Of a stretch of 52,850 nt of DNA, positions 45,916-52,850 are shown piece after piece. Under the pieces are notes generated by a model. That model ran no database searches. It had not been told where the DNA came from and saw only the letters and a program-made list of their open reading frames with translations. A program made the translations under genes and the position numbers. Within the stretch, counting starts at the first letter, position 1. Each line of letters starts with the position of its first letter. Origin of the DNA: Dehalococcoidia bacterium (lineage in GTDB: Bacteria > Chloroflexota > Dehalococcoidia > Lucifugimonadales > Lucifugimonadaceae); the NCBI GenBank assembly GCA_028281895.1, contig JANQIZ010000040.1:1-52850 (forward strand), given 5' to 3'.

Positions 45916-45929
45916 AGCACAGGTGTTCT
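45916..45929 (-). promoter_or_regulatory. candidate LexA (Cheo-type) SOS box upstream of recA
   Basis: AGCACAGGTGTTCT has one mismatch to AGAAC-N4-GTTCT. It sits within a possible TTGAGG-N18-TAATGT promoter on the recA strand. Confidence 0.35.
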
Positions 45930-46074
45930 ATTTACCTCAATCCAGCTGTCACACTTCCAATCTGGAGATCAACTGGCACAATCATTCGGGGAAAACTGGC
46001 TATGAAACCAGAGCCAGCTTAAGCCCCGCGGCGTACTTTAGTTCGAACACCCAGCAAGCCACTGAAAGTTCCCA

Positions 46075-46965
46075 ATGCGCAAAACCTTCTCGCTTCTCAC
46101 GATCGCCTTCATGTTCCTGGTCGCCTGCTCCAGCGGATCGAATGGAACCGATGGTGATCCCGGGGGAGAAACGCTGGTTATCGGTGGCATCCCGGACCAG
46201 GATCTTTCACGGCTCGAAGAGAGATTCAACGGCATCGCTGAGTATCTCGAAGAGGAGACTGGATTGGATGTCGAGTACCGCCCGTCGACCTCGTACTCAG
46301 CCCTGGTTACAGCGTTTGGTAATGGTGATGTGCAGTTTGCATGGTTTGGAGGACTGACCGGCGTTCAGGCACGAAGCGCAGCGCCCGGAGCCGATGCCGT
46401 GCTGCAACGGCCGCGAGACACGGAGTTCAAGTCCGTCTTCATCGTTGGGTCAGACGTGTCGGCTCAGACGCTCGAAGATCTGCAGGGCCTGTCTTTCACA
46501 TTCGGCTCCGAGAGCTCAACCTCTGGCCATCTGATGCCCCGGTTCTTCCTGGACAGAGCCGGCATAAACCCCGAGGAGGACTTCCGCGGACAGCCATCGT
46601 ATTCAGGCTCCCATGACAAGACGTGGAAGCTTGTCGAGTCGGGAAGTTTCAATGCCGGTGCGCTGAACGCGACTGTGTGGGAGCGAGCCGTCGCCGAGGG
46701 ACAGGTGGACACTTCGAAGGTGCGGGTGCTCGAACTGACCGAGCCCTACTACGACTACCACTGGCTTCAGCATCCTGATATCGATCAGACGCACGGTGAA
46801 GGTTCAGCAACGAAGATCTCTGACGCGTTGAAATCGCTTGATATGGCAGATGCGAAGGAGCAAAAGCTGCTCGATCTGTTCGAGACGGATGGCTTCATCG
46901 ATACGCAGAACGAGAACTACGCGGCTATCGAGCAGACAGCACGAGATCTTGATCTGATCAGGTGA
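46075..46965 (+). CDS. PhnD-family ABC transporter substrate-binding lipoprotein (phosphonate/phosphite-type)
   Basis: Lipobox FLVACSSG, GGIPDQD, and SGHLMPRFFL as in the PhnD/TIGR01098 family. No permease or ATPase gene nearby. Confidence 0.7.
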   Translation: MRKTFSLLTIAFMFLVACSSGSNGTDGDPGGETLVIGGIPDQDLSRLEERFNGIAEYLEEETGLDVEYRPSTSYSALVTAFGNGDVQFAWFGGLTGVQARSAAPGADAVLQRPRDTEFKSVFIVGSDVSAQTLEDLQGLSFTFGSESSTSGHLMPRFFLDRAGINPEEDFRGQPSYSGSHDKTWKLVESGSFNAGALNATVWERAVAEGQVDTSKVRVLELTEPYYDYHWLQHPDIDQTHGEGSATKISDALKSLDMADAKEQKLLDLFETDGFIDTQNENYAAIEQTARDLDLIR

Positions 46966-46973
46966 ACGCGTAT

Positions 46974-48182
46974 CTAGCTGAACCGCGCCGGAGCCAGCTC
47001 GCTCGCTGGAACCGGTCCCGGCCACTCGGCTCCCAGCACCAGCGATGCTCCAAGCTCGCCGATAGCGTCGCCTGACTTTGCGGAGTAGCCGTTGCCGCCG
47101 AGCTGTATGCAGACGCGGCCTTCTTCGACCAGCCCGATCACCGGGCGCCGGTCCGGCGTATCTGTCGTGACGCACGGCAGCCAGTGCCACTCGGAGGTAT
47201 CGAGCGATGGCATCAAGATCTGCAGCTCATTGATCAGCTGGCGGTTCAGGGTGGCATCGTCGCCTGTGCGGAACCAGGAGTTGAGCTCGCTCATGTCCGC
47301 TGCAGATGGCCTCGATCCCTCGATGCCGATCTTGAGGTAGTGCTTACCGTCGGGGTATCTCAGCGGCGGCAGTGTGTATGTGCCTATGCGATCTCCCGGC
47401 GGCTGGCTCATGAGGCTTGGCATGTTCGCCAGTTCACCATGTACAGCCTCATCAGGGACCTCGATAAGCACGACGGTGTGCTTGTTGGTTTTGAGCGGGA
47501 CATGTACTGGAGAAAGCCCGTCGAACGCGCCGTATGCGCCTGTTGCGATCATGACCTGATCCGCCGTGTGCTCTGTGCCGTCGTCGGTTGCCACTTCAAC
47601 TCGTCCTGAGCCGAGCGTCAGCTTCGATGCGAAGCCATCGATCACCTCTGCGCCGTGCTGCATGGCACGTTTCGTCATCGCCGCGACATAGCCTCTCGGG
47701 TCGATCGTGCCTCCGTCTCCCTGCTGGTAGAGGACATCGACACCGGACTCGAAGTTGAAGAAGGGGAAGCGGCTCGATATCTCTGCTGCTTCTAGCCGTG
47801 CGATCTCGCCACCGGCCTCGCGCGTCATCGCCAGGGTTTCGGAAGATCTCTCGGTGTTGGAGTCGGCCCACATGAAGCCGGCCTCATTGAAGAAGCGCTC
47901 ACCGGTCGCCTGTTCAAGGTCTCGATATCGGCTGATCGAACGCCGGGCCACTCCGCTCCAGAAAGGATCGGGGTCAGCGATGCGCGTGACTCGCCCGGCA
48001 TCGTAGTGGCTGGCCTTCGGCGTCGCAGAGTTGTCTGCCGCCATCGCCTCAGTCGGGCCCAGCATCGCGACGCCATCGGACTTCGCAGCAAGGTGCATGG
48101 CGGCTGCGCTGCCCATGATGCCGCGCCCGATGACCAGGTACTTGTATGAGGACACTCGATCCACCTCGCAGGTGAGAAACAT
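46974..48182 (-). CDS. FAD-dependent oxidoreductase, monomeric sarcosine oxidase-like (DAO family)
   Basis: YLVIGRGIMGSAAA dinucleotide fold, SHYDAGRVTR, the LPCVTTDTPDRRPVIG Cys region and GGNGYSAKSGDAIGE. GTG at 48155 is an alternative start. Confidence 0.75.
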   Translation of the reverse strand: MFLTCEVDRVSSYKYLVIGRGIMGSAAAMHLAAKSDGVAMLGPTEAMAADNSATPKASHYDAGRVTRIADPDPFWSGVARRSISRYRDLEQATGERFFNEAGFMWADSNTERSSETLAMTREAGGEIARLEAAEISSRFPFFNFESGVDVLYQQGDGGTIDPRGYVAAMTKRAMQHGAEVIDGFASKLTLGSGRVEVATDDGTEHTADQVMIATGAYGAFDGLSPVHVPLKTNKHTVVLIEVPDEAVHGELANMPSLMSQPPGDRIGTYTLPPLRYPDGKHYLKIGIEGSRPSAADMSELNSWFRTGDDATLNRQLINELQILMPSLDTSEWHWLPCVTTDTPDRRPVIGLVEEGRVCIQLGGNGYSAKSGDAIGELGASLVLGAEWPGPVPASELAPARFS

Positions 48183-48230
48183 TCCGTGACGCCGATCCTG
48201 AGATCGCGGCGCCGGCGCTTTTCGGTCTGG

Positions 48231-49175
48231 TTAGTTGAATGGAGGCAGCTTCACGCCGAGGATCACACGCAGATAGTTCACGTTGTGAGACAGGTAGTCG
48301 TCCACTGCAAGGTCCATGTTGCCGCCAATCGCATCGAACCCATCGTCGCCCTCGCGCGGTCCGTCCATGTCGAACACGACCCACCCCTTGTAGTGCCTGT
48401 CACGCAGCAGCTTCATCACGGCAGGGAAGTCGACACCACCTCCGCCCATGTTGTGGTAGACGCTGGCGATGTAGTGCTGATCGCGGGGAGGTGTGGCTGT
48501 GTTGCCGATGTACTTCGCATACGTGTCCTTGAGATGCACCTCAGCGATTCGGTCGAAGTATTCGTCCATGATTTCCACGGCATCCATTCCACCTAGAGTC
48601 AGGTGGCCGGTGTCCGGCGTGAGCCAGACGTATGCCGGGTCCGTCAGATCCAGCATGGCCCGCACCTCGTGCTCGCGCTCTACAGGACCCCAGATGTGAG
48701 GGTGTGGAGCGAGCCTGATGCCCATCTCAATCGTCTGACGGCCGATCTCGTTCAGGGTGTCTGCTAGGCGCTTCAACTGGTCGTCTGATGTTCCGCCCTC
48801 TGGACGTGCTCCCATGTTGCACTTCCAGAGAGTGCACTCGAAAGGCAGCAGGAAGTCACGTGCGAATGCGACGTGATCGGCGATGGTCTTCGATGTCTCT
48901 GCCGGATCAATGAAGTTGGTTGACTGGCCTTTAGCGCCGTTCGAGACATCGATCATGGTGACGCCAGCTTCGTCGAACTTCTCTTTCAGAGCCAGCGGAT
49001 TAGCGCGGTGGTTTTCGATCTGCTTGGCGTACGGCTCGATGCCCTGGAGGCCCAGAGCGGCGATGCGCTTTATTCCCCACTCGATCGGATGCTGTCCATC
49101 CCACAGCGAGCTTGTTGAGCCGTAGAGGATGTCCGGGTTTTCGGGGTCGAGAGGCTGGTGGTTTGCCGCGGGCAT
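48231..49175 (-). CDS. sugar phosphate isomerase/epimerase (xylose isomerase-like TIM barrel)
   Basis: Pattern of the AP_endonuc_2 TIM barrel (LGLQGIEPY..., HPHIWGPVE, DTGHLTLGG, EVHLKD). The ATG at 49175 avoids an Arg-rich leader. Confidence 0.7.
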   Translation of the reverse strand: MPAANHQPLDPENPDILYGSTSSLWDGQHPIEWGIKRIAALGLQGIEPYAKQIENHRANPLALKEKFDEAGVTMIDVSNGAKGQSTNFIDPAETSKTIADHVAFARDFLLPFECTLWKCNMGARPEGGTSDDQLKRLADTLNEIGRQTIEMGIRLAPHPHIWGPVEREHEVRAMLDLTDPAYVWLTPDTGHLTLGGMDAVEIMDEYFDRIAEVHLKDTYAKYIGNTATPPRDQHYIASVYHNMGGGGVDFPAVMKLLRDRHYKGWVVFDMDGPREGDDGFDAIGGNMDLAVDDYLSHNVNYLRVILGVKLPPFN

Positions 49176-49309
49176 GAAGAAAGTCCTGGAACTGGTTGTG
49201 CGTATGGCGGGAGGATAACGCCGATATCGCCGGGCGGCCAACCGCTAAGCCAAACCCATGGGAGCGCGAAGATCGATGCCGTCATGCTGGCGGTGGGATG
49301 AGCCGTTTG

Positions 49310-49924
49310 CTACTGGAGAGTTGCCGCCTGCACAGGTCTGTGCGCGTCGAGGATGCTCGTTGCCACGTCGCACGCAGCCTGCACCTGCTCTGGCGGCGCT
49401 TCAGCCCTGATGCATGCAGCGACACCGATAAGGGCCGTTGTGAAGAACGCGGCGAGCCGATCAAGTGGAGCGTTCCCGCTGATCTCTCCGGTTGCTTGCC
49501 CGTTTTCAAGTGCACGACGGAACGCATGTGTGAGCCGCTCAAGATATGCGGCTACGTATCGTCCTGCGCCCGGGTCCAGCGCTGCACGCTCCACCGCGGT
49601 GTTGCACATCAGGCACCCGCGGCCGCGCGCCCATCCCTCGCTTGCCGACCCATAGATCGCGAATGCCTCGCAGATCGCGCTAGGGCCAGCGCCCGGAGCT
49701 TCAATGGGGCTAAGCACATTGGACAGGTGCACCTCGCTGTAGCGCTCCAGCGCCGACTCGAATAGCCCCTGCTTTGAGCCGAACTCCGCGTACATGCTCT
49801 TTCGATTCACGCCAAGCTCTGCCACCAGTTCCGCGGTGCTGGTGCCATTGAACCCCTGGCGGCGAAACAGCTCGATCGCCCGGTCAAGCAGGTCCAGGCG
49901 ATCGTATTTCTTTGCTCCGGTCAT
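49310..49924 (-). CDS. TetR/AcrR-family transcriptional regulator
   Basis: N-terminal HTH AIELFRRQGFNGTSTAELVAELGVNRKSMYAEFGSKQGLF. Confidence 0.9.
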   Translation of the reverse strand: MTGAKKYDRLDLLDRAIELFRRQGFNGTSTAELVAELGVNRKSMYAEFGSKQGLFESALERYSEVHLSNVLSPIEAPGAGPSAICEAFAIYGSASEGWARGRGCLMCNTAVERAALDPGAGRYVAAYLERLTHAFRRALENGQATGEISGNAPLDRLAAFFTTALIGVAACIRAEAPPEQVQAACDVATSILDAHRPVQAATLQ

Positions 49925-49942
49925 AGTCGCTAAAAACTCCCC

Positions 49943-49995
49943 TTGACATAGGGTAACTAACCAGTTACTTTATGCGCAAGTAACTGATCGGTTAC
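49943..49995. promoter_or_regulatory. divergent TetR/ABM control region: TTGACA box plus two 16-bp palindromic operators
   Basis: TTGACA at 49943-49948. GTAACTAACCAGTTAC at 49953-49968 and GTAACTGATCGGTTAC at 49980-49995 both have GTAAC...GTTAC arms. Confidence 0.55.
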
Positions 49996-50044
49996 CCGGG
50001 CCAGATGGTTCGAAACAGGAGTCCGCTACACAGGAGATTGAAGA

Positions 50045-50413
50045 ATGGACAGCAACCAGATCACCGTTATCTACAAGTGGACGGCGCAGCAGGGGAAGCT
50101 TGAGGAGCTCAAGTCGATCTACTCAGGCGTTAGCAGCGCTATGGAGCAGAACGAGCCTGGCGCGACAGCGGTTCACATCTATGTTTCTGAGAAGGAAAAC
50201 GCGCTCTATGTCCGTGACGAGTTCGCTGATGCAGGGGCTCTTGGCTTCCACCTGAGCGAGACTGCGGCCCCGCACTTTCCGCAGCTGCTGGCTATCGCCA
50301 CTCCCGGGCCGTTCTTCTTCTTTGGCGAGGTTCCGGAGGAGTTAAAGCAGGCGACCGAGCAGATGCAGCTAGGGGCCGAGTTCAGCACGCACGCAGCGGG
50401 ATTTGATCGCTAG
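50045..50413 (+). CDS. ABM-domain (antibiotic biosynthesis monooxygenase-like) protein
   Basis: About 120-aa ferredoxin-like fold pattern (ITVIYKWTAQQGKLEELK...VHIYVSEKENALYVRDEFAD). The gene is divergent from the TetR gene. Confidence 0.6.
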   Translation: MDSNQITVIYKWTAQQGKLEELKSIYSGVSSAMEQNEPGATAVHIYVSEKENALYVRDEFADAGALGFHLSETAAPHFPQLLAIATPGPFFFFGEVPEELKQATEQMQLGAEFSTHAAGFDR

Positions 50414-50452
50414 TAGCGAATCCGCGAATAGTGGTCGTTTATCTTGAGATAT

Positions 50453-50493
50453 GGGCGAAGCCAGGGTGCGTTTCCTGCACAAAGGCTTCGCCC
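50453..50493. terminator. strong hairpin between convergent ABM and YceI genes
   Basis: GGGCGAAGCC...GGCTTCGCCC form a perfect 10-bp outer stem, with an inner GTGC/GCAC extension. A T-rich tract follows. Confidence 0.65.
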
Positions 50494-50532
50494 GTTGATT
50501 TGTTGCCGGCACGACTTCGCTTCGTCTGAAGC

Positions 50533-51222
50533 TCACATTCGTTCCGTTGCCAGCAGAACCTCTACTCGGACCTCATCTTCAACAACGAAAAACTGGCTGA
50601 CCGGAGCGGTCATTCCGAAATCTGCCCACACAAAGTCGGCTCGACCAAGAACGAACAGAGTGTCGCCGTCGAGACGACTCTCGATCTCGAATGTGATCTC
50701 GGCATCGGCTCCATTGACGTTGACCGTTCCCGTCGCTGAGGTCGTAATCTCATCCCCACCCTGCAGACCTGCAGGGACGGATGCGATTCCGTCGAAATTG
50801 ATCGTAGCCGAGGGCTGGTTCGGGAACAGATCATTCCGCACATAGTCATCGCGGCGGCTCTGATCGCTGATCAATGCGTGAAGGTCAATCTCCAGATCGA
50901 ACGGATCTCCGTCAAGTCTGACCTCGCCAGTGATTGCGCTGGTCCTGAGCACCGCATCGTTAGGAGCAGGCAGGCGGGACAGCTGTTCAGTAACGGTGAA
51001 CGTAGCTTCAGAATCGCCAGTGACCTCGAACACCAGCGAATCTCCTTCTGAAGTGTCAGGAGGTGACGGCGATGGCGTGGCACCGCTTCCGGCGGTCGTT
51101 CCAGGTGTAGATGTCGGTTGAGATGCTTCAGGCGCCGACTCTGATCCGCATGCGATCGCTATTCCAGGGAAGGCGATCACAAGCAACAGCGCCATCAAGG
51201 TTTTTCTGGTAAGTGGGTTCAT
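50533..51222 (-). CDS. YceI-family lipoprotein
   Basis: Signal plus lipobox (LLVIAFPGIAIACGS), a Thr/Ser/Pro-rich linker, and a YceI-like beta-barrel pattern (TFTVTEQL...GEVRLDG...TFEIESRLDGDTL). Confidence 0.7.
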   Translation of the reverse strand: MNPLTRKTLMALLLVIAFPGIAIACGSESAPEASQPTSTPGTTAGSGATPSPSPPDTSEGDSLVFEVTGDSEATFTVTEQLSRLPAPNDAVLRTSAITGEVRLDGDPFDLEIDLHALISDQSRRDDYVRNDLFPNQPSATINFDGIASVPAGLQGGDEITTSATGTVNVNGADAEITFEIESRLDGDTLFVLGRADFVWADFGMTAPVSQFFVVEDEVRVEVLLATERM

Positions 51223-51242
51223 GTCGAAATCTTCCTTTGCGA

Positions 51243-51836
51243 CTACTGCTGCGTCCTTGGCGGAAGCTCGAGGCGGCCCGATTCCCGATCTCCCTGTCCC
51301 GCAAGTGCGAAGCCAGCGGAGAGGAGAATCAGGAATGCCGCCAGGGCCGTCCAGCGTGCAATAGATCGGCGCAGCTCCAGGAGCGGGCTTAGCAGCGCGG
51401 TGAGACCGAACTGTATGGCCGCAAGAGGCACTACGAAGCTCACGGTTCGTTCAAGATCCTGAGTTTCCTGGACTACGAACGCGCCGATCGAAGCGAGGAT
51501 GAACGCGACAGATGAAACGCCAAGCAACACGAAGTAGCTGTTACGCGATTCCGCCAGTCGGCTGACTGCCACCGAAATCACTATGGCTGTGGCTACGACG
51601 GCGATGGCGATCGTGCCGGTGTTCATCAGCGAGTCGTGCGGAGAGTGCAGTGGCAGCGAAACAGCAATAACCACGATGCCGGCAACCAGACCTGCCGCAG
51701 CAGTAGGCAGCATCGCTTCGATATTGCGTTTGCTGGCGAAGCTCATCAGGGAATCGTTCCCTTGCCTGATCGTGACGCTTTCCGCATCCATCTCATGTGC
51801 TTCTACGTTCATTTCTCCAGAGTAGGTCGCTAACAC
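51243..51836 (-). CDS. hypothetical polytopic membrane protein
   Basis: Four to five hydrophobic helices and no recognisable family. It lies 20 nt upstream of the YceI gene. The start is ambiguous (GTG 51836 or ATG 51812). Confidence 0.5.
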   Translation of the reverse strand: MLATYSGEMNVEAHEMDAESVTIRQGNDSLMSFASKRNIEAMLPTAAAGLVAGIVVIAVSLPLHSPHDSLMNTGTIAIAVVATAIVISVAVSRLAESRNSYFVLLGVSSVAFILASIGAFVVQETQDLERTVSFVVPLAAIQFGLTALLSPLLELRRSIARWTALAAFLILLSAGFALAGQGDRESGRLELPPRTQQ

Positions 51837-51969
51837 TGGAGCAATCTGGAGAAGCTCTTAGAGTTTTCTAAGAATTGAAGCGCCTCCTCGCAGTTGGATT
51901 CCTAGACGCGGTCTGTAGGCGCGGAGTCAAGCTCTGCTCAGTCGTCTCTAGCTGGGGAATGTGGCCGGA

Positions 51970-52850
51970 TCACTCAGACCGTTGATTGCGGTTAGCTGAG
52001 TTGGCTGAACGCCTCATCCTCCGAGCCTCGATTGCCCTCAATGTCACCAGCGCCAGTGTCAGCACCGTGATTGGCAGCACAAAGAGCAGCATGACTGAGC
52101 TGAAAGCGGGCAGCAGGTCATGTTCCGTAGCCTGCAGGATCAGGTACACCACGTAGGCAGCGTAGTAGCCCAGGAACACCCAGCCCTCCCAGCGCGCGAT
52201 CTCGTAGCCCGTGAAGAAGATGGGCAGGCTCGCGACGGCTACCGCGGTCATCACCGGTATATCGAACGTCAGCAGGCTGTTCGCGACCTCAATCCCGTTT
52301 GGAGCGATGATGCCGGTTATGCCGAGGACCGCTAGAAGGTTGAACAGGTTGCTGCCAACCACATTGCCCACCGCAATATCTCGCTGTCCGCGCAGACTTG
52401 CGATGACCGAGACGGCAATCTCCGGGAGCGCAGTTCCGGCGGAGATGATGGTCAGGCCAATGACCAGTTTGCTGACTCCCAGCGCATCGGCGATATCAAT
52501 CGCGCCGTCCACGAGCCAGTCTGCGCCGAGCACCAGCAGCGCCAGTCCGAGAACGATCGATCCAATGTCCCTGAGCAGCAAGCCGCGCGTGTAGTCGCGC
52601 TTTCGTTCTGGCGCGTCAGGATTTGGAACGGGAGGAGTCTGTCTGTTGCGACGGCGGAACCAGATGAGATAGGCGATGTATGCCAGGATTCCGCTGAACA
52701 GAATGATGCCATCGATCCGGCTGATAGTGCGGTCGAGCGACATCAGGAGAACTACCGCCGAGGCGATGATTACCAGCGGGATGTCGAGCCGGACAAGTTG
52801 CTGAGAGACTGCGAGCGGCGTGATTACTGCGGAGAGTCCGAGGATTAGCA
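51970..52850 (-). CDS. Ca2+/cation antiporter (CaCA, YrbG-like); N-terminus outside window
   Basis: Alpha-2 repeat GLTIISAGTALPEIAVSVIA...GNVVGSNLFN. The frame stays open upstream of the track's first M to the window edge (...LGLSAVITPLAVSQQLVRLDIPLVIIASAVVLLM). Confidence 0.85.
   Translation of the reverse strand, partial: LILGLSAVITPLAVSQQLVRLDIPLVIIASAVVLLMSLDRTISRIDGIILFSGILAYIAYLIWFRRRNRQTPPVPNPDAPERKRDYTRGLLLRDIGSIVLGLALLVLGADWLVDGAIDIADALGVSKLVIGLTIISAGTALPEIAVSVIASLRGQRDIAVGNVVGSNLFNLLAVLGITGIIAPNGIEVANSLLTFDIPVMTAVAVASLPIFFTGYEIARWEGWVFLGYYAAYVVYLILQATEHDLLPAFSSVMLLFVLPITVLTLALVTLRAIEARRMRRSANSANRNQRSE

Noticed and set aside
1-52850. CRISPR arrays, rRNA genes, IS elements, retron/DGR-type reverse transcriptases, and toxin-antitoxin pairs.
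   Set aside because: No spaced direct-repeat arrays, no transposase/integrase/RT signatures and no small two-gene TA-like cassettes were seen. The only repeats found are the fasciclin tandem duplication and the 31-bp inverted repeat.

Overview
GC-rich bacterial chromosomal segment. The gene content looks Chloroflexota- or Actinomycetota-like, but the taxon cannot be fixed from sequence alone. I support about 50 protein genes and one tRNA-Arg(CCU). I saw no rRNA, CRISPR array, transposase, integrase or reverse transcriptase. In the ORF track, the first M of many ORFs is really GTG or TTG. Several ORFs are over-extended at the 5' end, and I re-called those starts at internal ATGs where family N-termini and spacing supported it.

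Housekeeping backbone:
- lpdA 3' end.
- A caa3-type cytochrome c oxidase operon (ctaC-ctaD-ctaE-subunit IV-ctaG) that runs straight into a LuxR-type regulator.
- rdgB, clpS, tlyA, purF-purM-purH, a nicotinate phosphoribosyltransferase (PRTase), tilS and recA.

Accessory or poorly understood patches:
- Two divergent RhaM-like genes, each preceded by a copy of a 31-bp inverted repeat.
- A signal-less DUF1800-NHL-DUF1501 operon.
- A 416-aa gene with no recognisable family (ORFan) abutting the tRNA.
- A CopC-CopD-cytochrome c fusion.
- A B12-binding regulator with a C-terminal XRE helix-turn-helix (HTH), divergent from a four-domain fasciclin (FAS1) lipoprotein.
- A minus-strand string: orphan SPPY DNA methyltransferase, HAD hydrolase, histidine phosphatase, then an APH-like kinase fused to a P-loop kinase.
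- A fused DsrM/DsrK-like membrane Fe-S oxidoreductase.
- A recA-GyrI-like gene pair.

Best candidates for an undescribed system are the methyltransferase/phosphatase/kinase string (26789-30878), the B12-XRE regulator locus (22805-23997) and the DUF1800-NHL-DUF1501 operon (11019-14685). All three are hypotheses from domain signatures and gene order only. No database search was possible.
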